Assembly: GCF_002158865.1 (NCBI RefSeq)
Contig: NZ_CP021455.1
Coordinates: 1,096,835 to 1,160,834, forward strand
Length of the DNA: 64,000 bases
Source: Comamonas serinivorans
Lineage (GTDB): Bacteria; Pseudomonadota; Gammaproteobacteria; Burkholderiales; Burkholderiaceae_C
Reading direction: 5' to 3'
In this document: positions 33,313 to 40,987 of the stretch, in pieces
How positions within the stretch are numbered: position 1 is the first letter of the stretch
Layout of the letters: every line of letters begins with the position of its first letter
The notes under the pieces: generated by a model
Told to the model about the DNA's origin: nothing
Databases searched by the model: none
The model's input: only the letters and a program-made list of their open reading frames with translations
Translations under genes and position numbers: made by a program

Positions 33313-34965
33313 ATGAAACCCATTCACGTCATCACCTTCCTGGGCACCCAGCTGGACAGCGGCAACGGTGCCGGCCGCTGGGAGAAGTGGCGGCCCACCG
33401 TGGCGCTGACCCAGCACGAGGACATGGAGGTCGCGCGGCTGGACCTGCTGCTGACCGGGCCCAGCCACCGGGCGCTGGCCGAGCGCGTGCGCGCCGACAT
33501 CGGCACGGTGTCGCCCGCCACCGAGGTCGTGCTGCACGAGTTGGCCGTGGACGATCCCTGGGACTTCGACGTCGTCTACACGCAGCTGTTCGATTGGGCC
33601 CGCGCGCAGGCCTTCGATACCGAGGCCGCGCAGTACTGGGCGCACATCACCACCGGCACGCATGTGGCGCAGATCTGCCTGTTCCTGCTGACCGAGTCGC
33701 GCGTGCTGCCCGGGGTGCTGTGCCAGACCTCGCCGCCCAAGCGGCAGCGCGAGGGCGCGGCCGGTGCCTACACGCTGATCGACCTCGACCTCTCGCGCTA
33801 CGACGCCATCGCCCAGCGCCATGCGGCCGACCAGCGCGATGCAGTGGCCTTCCTGAAAAGCGGCATCGCCACGCGCAATGCGCGCTTCAACGCGCTCATC
33901 GACGAGGTCGAGCGCGTGGCCGTGCGCTCCACCGCGCCGGTGCTGTTCGTGGGGCCCACGGGCGCGGGCAAGTCCTTCCTGGCCCGGCGCATGCACGAGC
34001 TGAAGAAATCGCGCCACCAGATCAACGGCGCCTTCGTCGAAGTCAACTGCGCCACGCTGCGTGGCGACGGCGCGGCCTCGACGCTGTTCGGCCACAAGCG
34101 CGGTGCTTTCACCGGCGCCGCCACCGACCGGCCCGGCCTGCTGCGCGCCGCCGATGGTGGGCTGCTGTTCCTCGACGAAATCGGCGAGCTGGGGGCCGAC
34201 GAGCAGGCCATGCTGCTCATGGCCATCGAAGACAAGCGCTTCTACCCCCTGGGTTCGGACCGCGAGGTGACCAGCGACTTTCAGCTGGTGGCGGGCACCA
34301 ACCGCGACCTGCGCGCCGAGGTCGCCGCGGGGCGGTTTCGCGAAGACCTGTTCTCGCGCATCAACCTGTGGACCTACGAGCTGCCTGGCCTGGCGGGCCG
34401 GCCTGAGGACATCGAACCCAACGTCGACTACCTGCTCACCCGCCATGCGCAAGCCTCGCGCCGCGCGGCCCGCTTCAACGTCGAAGCGCGCCGCGCCTAC
34501 CTGCGCTTTGCGCAAAGCGGCGAAGCGCTGTGGCGCGGCAATTTCCGCGACCTGTATGCCAGCGTGACGCGCCTGGCGACCCTGGCCGAGGGCGGGCGCA
34601 TCACCGAGCCGCTGGTGGTGGCTGAGATCAAACGGCTGCGCTGGATGTGGACGCGCGACAGCGCGGTGGCGGCGCCCGGCGCGCGCGCCTCGGGGGGCTC
34701 GCCGGGGGCGATGGCGGTCGATGCGGCGAGCGTGGACCTGGCCGACTTCTACGACGAAGCGGCCCTGGAGCAGATCGACCTGTTCGACCGCGTGCAGCTG
34801 CAGGGCGTCATCGCGGTGTGCCAGCGCTCGCGCACGCTGTCGGACGCGGGGCGCCAGCTGTACCAGGCCTCGCGGGCGCAACGCGCGGCGTTGAACGATT
34901 CGGACCGCCTGCGCAAGTACCTGGCCAAGTTCAACCTGAGCTGGGACCGCGTCAGCACACGATGA
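33313..34965 (+). CDS. rtcR: sigma-54-dependent transcriptional regulator RtcR (N-terminal CARF-like domain + AAA+ sigma-54 activator + C-terminal HTH)
   Basis: Walker A GPTGAGKS, GAFTGA sigma-54 contact motif, RtcR-specific N-terminal domain (VITFLGTQLD...WRPTVAL), C-terminal HTH. Confidence 0.9.
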   Translation: MKPIHVITFLGTQLDSGNGAGRWEKWRPTVALTQHEDMEVARLDLLLTGPSHRALAERVRADIGTVSPATEVVLHELAVDDPWDFDVVYTQLFDWARAQAFDTEAAQYWAHITTGTHVAQICLFLLTESRVLPGVLCQTSPPKRQREGAAGAYTLIDLDLSRYDAIAQRHAADQRDAVAFLKSGIATRNARFNALIDEVERVAVRSTAPVLFVGPTGAGKSFLARRMHELKKSRHQINGAFVEVNCATLRGDGAASTLFGHKRGAFTGAATDRPGLLRAADGGLLFLDEIGELGADEQAMLLMAIEDKRFYPLGSDREVTSDFQLVAGTNRDLRAEVAAGRFREDLFSRINLWTYELPGLAGRPEDIEPNVDYLLTRHAQASRRAARFNVEARRAYLRFAQSGEALWRGNFRDLYASVTRLATLAEGGRITEPLVVAEIKRLRWMWTRDSAVAAPGARASGGSPGAMAVDAASVDLADFYDEAALEQIDLFDRVQLQGVIAVCQRSRTLSDAGRQLYQASRAQRAALNDSDRLRKYLAKFNLSWDRVSTR

Positions 34966-34966
34966 T

Positions 34967-35019
34967 GGGGTATGGTGTGAATGCCGTTTTCCATGAAACG
35001 GAAATGGCCTGATACTGCC
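34967..35019. repeat. SPR family copy (2 nt after rtcR stop)
   Basis: GGGGTATGGTGTGAATGCCGTTTTCCATGAAACGGAAATGGCCTGATACTGCC. Confidence 0.6.
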
Positions 35020-35133
35020 AAGGCTAAGCATTCCACAATGGGATGATCAACAGCGCGCCCGCCGGCTTGCACGGTGGGGCGCATGCAGCGGCTGGCCCAA
35101 GGCCGGGTGCACGACATGGAGAGGGAGACGCAC

Positions 35134-35802
35134 ATGGCGCAGTACATCGAGGTCATTGGACAGGCCAGCGTGAGCGAAGTGGCCGTGGAGCAGCGCGTGG
35201 CGCTGACGGTGTCGCACCGCGGCAAGGGCGGTGGCATGTCGGACAAGGTGGTGGCGCACAAGGCCACGCAGCAGCGTGAGCGGGTGATCGCCACGCTGCT
35301 GGCCCACGGCATGCGGGAGCACGAATTGCATGAGGGCGGCATGGACAGCGGCACCTGGCACTTCAAGCGCAAGCGCGAGGTGCACCACAGCCACCGCATC
35401 CTGCTGATCTGCGAGGACGACGCGCGCCTGTTTGCGGCCCTCGAGGCCCTGGCGCCGCTGCAGGACGAGGGCGAGCTTGACTTGCAACTGGACATGCTGG
35501 ACGCCCGCTACGAGGTGCCGGCCGGTGCGCTGAGCGGGGCGCAGCAGGCGGCGGTGGCGCATGCCCGTGAGCATGCGAATGGCCTGGCGCAGGCTGCCGG
35601 CGTGGCGCTGGGCGCGGTGGTGCAGGTGCAAGAGCTGGCGCCGGCGCGGGAGCGTTCGGGTGCCTATGGCGAGTCCTGGTATGGCTTGGCCGCCGCAGGC
35701 GGCGCGGCTGCGGCACCGGCCATGACCCTCTTGGCGAGTAACCAGCGCACGCGCACCTTGAGCTACCGCGTGCGCTTTGCGCTGCAGCGGGCTGTGCCCT
35801 GA
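35134..35802 (+). CDS. SIMPL/DUF541-like protein without signal peptide
   Basis: IEVIGQASVSEVAVEQRVALTV repeat-like start. RBS GGAGAGGGAG. Confidence 0.45.
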   Translation: MAQYIEVIGQASVSEVAVEQRVALTVSHRGKGGGMSDKVVAHKATQQRERVIATLLAHGMREHELHEGGMDSGTWHFKRKREVHHSHRILLICEDDARLFAALEALAPLQDEGELDLQLDMLDARYEVPAGALSGAQQAAVAHAREHANGLAQAAGVALGAVVQVQELAPARERSGAYGESWYGLAAAGGAAAAPAMTLLASNQRTRTLSYRVRFALQRAVP

Positions 35803-35882
35803 CGCGCGTCGTTCGCCGCAACGCCTGGGCCGCGGTGGCCTGAATGTCGGTCCGACCGTGCACTGGGCAGGACGTGGGGCCA

Positions 35883-35917
35883 GTGAATCGCCTGCAACGC
35901 CCCTGCAGACGATTCAT
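35883..35917 (+). promoter_or_regulatory. inverted repeat TGAATCGCCTGCA-N7-TGCAGACGATTCA, candidate enhancer (UAS) about 110-140 bp upstream of the sigma-54 promoter at 36026
   Basis: 13-bp arms. Contains GATTCA as in the CTTGATTCAT motif. Confidence 0.4.
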
Positions 35918-36025
35918 GGGCGGGCGTAGAGTTCGCATCGAAAGCGATACAGTGGGATCGTGTTCGGCGGTCATGGTGGCGTGCAGCCCTGCTGTCGCCC
36001 TGGGGTGAAGCGGGATGGGCCGAAC

Positions 36026-36041
36026 TGGCACGGCCGTTGCG
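36026..36041 (+). promoter_or_regulatory. sigma-54 (-24/-12) promoter TGGCAC-GGCCG-TTGC
   Basis: Perfect match to TGGCAC-N5-TTGC. Lies 224 bp downstream of the SIMPL-like gene and immediately upstream of the tRNA-like element. Confidence 0.7.
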
Positions 36042-36058
36042 AAGGATGAGGTGAACGT

Positions 36059-36146
36059 GGGCCCAGGTCTGGGGTGGCGCAAAGCGAGCGCGTCGGACTT
36101 GAATCCGAAGGGTGCTGGTGCAAGTCCAGCCCCCAGACCTGGGCCC
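36059..36146 (+). ncRNA. tRNA-like (Y-RNA-like) structured element with 16-bp acceptor-like stem
   Basis: GGGCCCAGGTCTGGGG (36059-74) pairs perfectly with CCCCAGACCTGGGCCC (36131-46). Interior folds as TG / D-arm GCGC-AAAGCGA-GCGC / G / anticodon-like TCGGA-CTTGAA-TCCGA / variable AGGGT / T-arm GCTGG-TGCAAGT-CCAGC. No CCA. Confidence 0.6.
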
Positions 36147-36422
36147 GCGAAACCCGGGGGCGCGACGGCGCGAGGCAGGCCTTGACGCGGCGGCCGTGTC
36201 GGCAAGGGTGCAGCGAGAAGCGGCTACCAGGCCGGTTGCCACGCATCGCAGCCCGTCGGCCAGCCCGACCGGCAGGGGATGAGGTCAGGTGTGCAACGGT
36301 CTGGCGCAGTTCAAGGAGAACGCCCGACCATGCATCGGGAAGGTGCTGGACAAGCCAGCCGCCAGACCGTTGCGCATGGGCCAGTCCCCGTCCCGATCCA
36401 CACGAACACAGGGAGAGCGGCC

Positions 36423-39320
36423 ATGGGCCAGCACGACGAAGAGCACTCACCGGACGCCGGTGAGCACCCGGTGCCGCCGGCGCATGCGGCATCCGGGCTT
36501 GCCCAGGCGAACCCGGGCTGGGCAGCCGGCCAGCTTGCACGCGCCCGTGCGGCTTTGGCACAGGCACAGGTACAGCGGGACCCGTCAGGGCCCGACGCGG
36601 CCGGCGCTGCGTCATCCGCGGATACCGACGCTGCAGGCCACGCCGTGGCGCGTGCGCTGGCCAAGGTGAATGCCTGGCGCCAGGCCTTGGCCGGCATGGC
36701 CAGTGGCGAGCTGCAGGTGGGGTCGCGCACGCCGCTGCGCAACGTGGCGGCCTGGCTCACGCCGAATGTGTTGCACGGCGGATTCGCCTCGGGCCAGCTG
36801 ATGGCCGGGGGGCGCGCGCAAGCACACGAGACGCACTGGCTGGCGCAACTGGCGGCCGGTCAGCCGCTGGGCAGCACGCCGACCGACTGTGCCCGGATGG
36901 CCACGCTGGCGGCACAGCCCGTGGACCGCAGCACGCTGCCCCAGAAGCTGGACCGCACGCCGCTGAACGACTGGTTCCTGACCGAGGCGGGCCTGCAGCA
37001 GCTGATGCAGTGGCTGGACGACGGCCGCTGGCGCATCGCCGTGCCCGAGGAGGGCGCCTTGCTGGTGGTGGCCTGGCTGCTGAGGCAGGGGCATGACACC
37101 TCGGCGGCCCGCCTGTTGGACACCCTGTCGCCCTACTGGCACCGCGTTCGCTTTTACCCGCAGCCCGCTGCGACGCCCATGCCGGCGCTCGACCGCGTGA
37201 GCCTGCGCAGCGCGCAGGACGTGATGGCGCAGTTGAACCAGCTGCAGACGCCGCCCGCGGTGCTGGCCCAGCACCAAGCCATCCACGTGTGGCGCCCCTT
37301 GCTCGACGAGCTGGTGCTGCTGTGGCTGCAGGCCGTGCCCGGCGCGCTGCACGGCCCTGACGCTGCCGCGGCCCATGGCGAATCCGGGCGAGGTGCCGAC
37401 GGCGCCGTGACGGATGCGCTGCCGCGCCTGCGTGCCGGCACGCGCGAGGCCGAAGGCGGCTTGCCCCTGGCCGAGCCCGACGCCGACTGGCGGCAGCAGG
37501 CGGCGGCCTGGCGCCTGCGGGCGCGCGAGGCCGAGGCGCAGCACACGCGCAGCCGGGCGCACCGCAAGCCCGGCTCGCACGTGGCGCAGTTGTGGGCCAT
37601 GCTGGACCAGGTGCTGCAAGGTCAGGCCCTGAGCGAGGCACAGCGCCGCCGGCTGCGCTTTGTGCTGGCGTGCCAGGTCAGCGCCCATGGCGTGCCAGGC
37701 GATGCGAGGCACCACACCTGGCGCGCCGCGCAACGGGCGCAGACCGACACCGTGTGGCGCGCCCACTGGGCGTACGCACTGGCCGCGCGCGTGCAGGCGC
37801 AGGGCCCCTACGCGCTGGGCGATGGCCTGCCGGATCTGGACACCGCGCTGCAAGCTGCCACGGCGCAAGAGGCACAACAACATGCGCACCTGCCCGAAGG
37901 CACCGTGGTCTGGCCCAGCCTGCGCCGCAAGCTGCGCCGCGCCCACTTGGCCACCGTGCCGCAGCTGGTGCAAGCCGGCATCGTGCCGTCGAGCGAGGTG
38001 CTGGCCAGCGTGCTGCCCGGCACCACGGGCGCACAGCTGGCGCGCACCATGCCCGATGCGGCCAGCGCGCGGCTGCTGGGCGCGCTGTGGCGTGCGTTTC
38101 GCGGGCGACGCTCGGTGCTGCTGCTGAACCACGAGTCGCAGGTGCGCTTTCACGAGCTGCCCTGGGTGCTGCGCTTGCAGCAGCACGCCTGCGTGCCGGC
38201 GACGGCCGCCGGGACCGAGGGCGATTCGGCACATCGCTGGGACATGGCCGGCCTGGCGCGCAGCCAGGCGTTGGCGCAGCTGGATGCGGCCGCGCGCCTG
38301 GCGCTGACGCAATTCCCGCAATCGGCCTTCCCGAACCCGCTGCTGTGGGAGCTTCGCGCGCTGGCCGAGCAGGGTGGCTGGCAGCCGCCGTGGGTCGAAG
38401 ACATCGCGGCCGACATCTTCATGGGCAGCTTTGGGCCCAAGTTCGGGCAGGCCGTGCACGACGCGCTGCCCTGGTTGCAGGGCAGCCTGTATGCGCAGCA
38501 TTTCCAGCTCGACCTGGAGGCGCTGCGCCTGGCCATGGCGCCGGCCGTGGCCTGCCACGCGGCCTTTCAGCGTTACGCCGAAACGCCAGCGGGCTCACCC
38601 GGCAACCCCGCGGCCAAGCGCGAACAACAGGCCTTGCTGCAGCGCTATCACGCGGCGCCCGACCTGCTGGTGGCGCACCTGCGTGCGCGCACGGGCTGGT
38701 CGGCCGACGCCCGCGGCGTGGGCGCGAATGGCGCCGTCATCGAGCAGATGGGCCTGGTCAGCACGGCCAACTTCGCGCCGCTGGCGCAGCGCTTTGGCTG
38801 GGGCGTGGCCGGTGCCGGTTTGCGCGATGCCACGGCCCAGGCGCGCGAGCTCCAGGGGTGGGCGCAGGCCGCACGCACGGGCTTCGAGCGGCTGTGCGCG
38901 GGGCTGGACCTGGGCGTGCGCGAAGCCGGCGCCATGCTGGACAAGCCGCCAACCCAGATCCAGGCGACAAACCCGGCGGATGCCCATGCGGCAGCGACAG
39001 AAGCCCAGGCCGCCGACCGCCTGCTGGCCGAGCGCGTGCGCCGGGCCGCCACCAGCTGGCGCCAGGTCGTGCTGCTGCTGAGCCTGCTGCCCGCCGAGCA
39101 GCAGCGCGCCAACCTGCTGGGCATGCAGCGCCACCTCGCGGCCTGTGACACCCCCGCCAGCCGGGGCGTGACGCGCGCCCTGGCGCCCCAGCTGGCCGAC
39201 CTGATGGCCTGTGTGCAAGGCCAGGCGCGCGACGCCGGTCGGCCACCGTTCCACGGCTGGACCCAGCCAGGGCAGCGGGGCGTGCTGTTCACCCTGCGCC
39301 AGGGCCTGAAGGCCGGGTGA
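36423..39320 (+). CDS. large (about 965 aa) Ala/Leu/Arg/Trp-rich protein of unknown function in the rtc locus
   Basis: Uninterrupted frame with strong GC3 bias throughout. The antisense 648-aa ORF is rejected. Possible starts at 36279, 36330 and 36423; 36423 has the best RBS (AGGGAGAG). No catalytic motif recognised. Confidence 0.6.
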   Translation: MGQHDEEHSPDAGEHPVPPAHAASGLAQANPGWAAGQLARARAALAQAQVQRDPSGPDAAGAASSADTDAAGHAVARALAKVNAWRQALAGMASGELQVGSRTPLRNVAAWLTPNVLHGGFASGQLMAGGRAQAHETHWLAQLAAGQPLGSTPTDCARMATLAAQPVDRSTLPQKLDRTPLNDWFLTEAGLQQLMQWLDDGRWRIAVPEEGALLVVAWLLRQGHDTSAARLLDTLSPYWHRVRFYPQPAATPMPALDRVSLRSAQDVMAQLNQLQTPPAVLAQHQAIHVWRPLLDELVLLWLQAVPGALHGPDAAAAHGESGRGADGAVTDALPRLRAGTREAEGGLPLAEPDADWRQQAAAWRLRAREAEAQHTRSRAHRKPGSHVAQLWAMLDQVLQGQALSEAQRRRLRFVLACQVSAHGVPGDARHHTWRAAQRAQTDTVWRAHWAYALAARVQAQGPYALGDGLPDLDTALQAATAQEAQQHAHLPEGTVVWPSLRRKLRRAHLATVPQLVQAGIVPSSEVLASVLPGTTGAQLARTMPDAASARLLGALWRAFRGRRSVLLLNHESQVRFHELPWVLRLQQHACVPATAAGTEGDSAHRWDMAGLARSQALAQLDAAARLALTQFPQSAFPNPLLWELRALAEQGGWQPPWVEDIAADIFMGSFGPKFGQAVHDALPWLQGSLYAQHFQLDLEALRLAMAPAVACHAAFQRYAETPAGSPGNPAAKREQQALLQRYHAAPDLLVAHLRARTGWSADARGVGANGAVIEQMGLVSTANFAPLAQRFGWGVAGAGLRDATAQARELQGWAQAARTGFERLCAGLDLGVREAGAMLDKPPTQIQATNPADAHAAATEAQAADRLLAERVRRAATSWRQVVLLLSLLPAEQQRANLLGMQRHLAACDTPASRGVTRALAPQLADLMACVQGQARDAGRPPFHGWTQPGQRGVLFTLRQGLKAG

Positions 39321-39710
39321 GCAGGTCGGGTGAGGTCAGGTGAAGCCAGCGGGGCCATGGGGCCCCATCTTCCAGGTTGGCCCGAATGGTGACCGTGGGT
39401 CTGGGTGCCGGTGCTGCCGCCCCAGGCGTTCGCTGTGGGCGCCTGGCGGACTGGCGCCGAGGAACGGAGGAGCTTGCGCGACAATCCGGCATCCGGTCCG
39501 GGCGAGGCTCGCTAGGACATGGCCATGGCGCGCGGCGGTCAGCACGCGGCGGTGTCGGCCCCGCAGCCGCGCGATCCCGGTGGTCGGGTGCAAGTGCCCT
39601 GTCGGCTTGCGTTCCACGCCAACAGGCCTGCTGCCGTGCCTCGTGCCATGTCAACCGTTGCTTGACGGTCGGCGGGCCCCGTGCCCACGCCGTGTTGTTC
39701 AGAAGTACCC

Positions 39711-40454
39711 ATGCCTTTACGCATCGACGAAGCCATCACCCAGCTGGATCACGGCTGGCTCAGCCATTTGAAATCGCAGGGTTACGGCGGCGATGCCTTG
39801 CGCCAGGCGATCGACCTGGTGCTGTACGCCCAACAGCAGGCGGCGGCGCGCAACAGCGCCGAGTTCAAGGCCGCCATCGCGCGCGTCAACCACCTGGTGG
39901 GGGCGGGCATCGCGTGTGACAACAACGGCGACTACCTGTACACGGCCGAGTGGCGCGACCCGGCTTGCGCCGGGCTGGGCTTCGCCATCGAATACGCGGC
40001 CGACCCGGCCAGCTGGCGGGCCGAGTTCCGCATGCCCGGCTGCTGGCCGCACACCGTGGACAACCTCGACATCACCGACACCCGCGCTGTGGACCACGAC
40101 TTTGCGCTCTGGCTGGCGCGCGCCAGTGCCCGCCATTTCACGCACCTGATCGAACGCCAGCTGCCCGAAGGCGAAGCACTGCGCGCGCCCTGTACGGCGG
40201 CCGTGCGGGCCGGCACCTGGGCCGAATTCGTGTGCCTGCACCCACTGCAACCCGTGGCCCGCCTGGGGCACGAGCGGCTGGAGCAGGCCGCCTGGTCGGC
40301 CCAATACCCCAGTGCCGCCCAGCGCGAGTTGCAGGCCCGCTTCGATGTGCAGAGCGCCTTGCTGCTGCGCTTGATCGTGGTTCAGCAGGCAGCATGGGCT
40401 TGGCATGAAGAGTATGGCGACAATCGCGATGACGATTCAACGGGAAGGCATTGA
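39711..40454 (+). CDS. hypothetical protein (248 aa)
   Basis: Good GC3. C-terminus and stop are supplied by an inserted palindromic repeat unit. Confidence 0.45.
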   Translation: MPLRIDEAITQLDHGWLSHLKSQGYGGDALRQAIDLVLYAQQQAAARNSAEFKAAIARVNHLVGAGIACDNNGDYLYTAEWRDPACAGLGFAIEYAADPASWRAEFRMPGCWPHTVDNLDITDTRAVDHDFALWLARASARHFTHLIERQLPEGEALRAPCTAAVRAGTWAEFVCLHPLQPVARLGHERLEQAAWSAQYPSAAQRELQARFDVQSALLLRLIVVQQAAWAWHEEYGDNRDDDSTGRH

Positions 40455-40462
40455 TACTCCAT
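40408..40462. repeat. SPR family copy (overlaps 3' end of the 248-aa ORF)
   Basis: GAAGAGTATGGCGACAATCGCGATGACGATTCAACGGGAAGGCATTGATACTCCAT. Confidence 0.55.
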
Positions 40463-40814
40463 TTGATGTGGCGCTTGCTGAGGGCTGCTTGCCCGACACC
40501 GGAAGGCTGGCGTCGACGCAGGGACATGACGCGTGGCCAGCGGTGCATGGGCTCGCCAGCCGCCCGCACAGCGCCCCCAACCCGCTGACTGGGCGTCCTG
40601 ATGCAGCAGGCCTGGCTCGACCTGCCCGTGCTCTTTCGCCTGCATGCGCAGGCGCGTGGCCAACAGGTGGCGCAGCCCGAGCGGGCCGATGGGGTGTTCG
40701 CCATCCAGGGCACGGCCAGCGCGCAGCCTCACACCGTCCGAGACGGACCGCATCCGGGCCGATTGCCTGTGAAGGCGGGCTTGCAAGGGGCGCTGCATGG
40801 ATCGCTGGCGCGCT

Positions 40815-40828
40815 GGATGAATCAAGCC
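40815..40828 (+). promoter_or_regulatory. GGATGAATCAAGCC (reverse complement GGCTTGATTCATCC), candidate UAS about 110 bp upstream of the rtcA sigma-54 promoter
   Basis: Exact reverse complement of the CTTGATTCATCC copy at 33281. Confidence 0.4.
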
Positions 40829-40934
40829 AGTTTGGCTTGCGGTGGCTGAGCCGTGGCGAGGCGCAGGCGCCCTCGACGCCAAGTGCTTGATCCGGCAAGG
40901 GTTTGCGCGGCTCGCCTGTTGATTTGGCGGGGCC

Positions 40935-40950
40935 TGGCACGCCGCGTGCA
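40935..40950 (+). promoter_or_regulatory. sigma-54 promoter TGGCAC-GCCGC-GTGCA upstream of rtcA
   Basis: GG/GC spacing correct, one mismatch at -14. About 38 bp upstream of the rtcA ATG. Confidence 0.6.
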
Positions 40951-40987
40951 ACGAGGATGGCCACACACAACTCAACTGGGAGCACAC

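Noticed and set aside
36612-38558. 648-aa ORF on the minus strand antisense to the large rtc-locus protein
   Set aside because: Typical GC-rich antisense artefact. The plus-strand frame shows the strong third-position GC bias (ctg/gcc/gcg/cgc/cag), and the minus frame is Arg/Gly/Pro-rich low-complexity.
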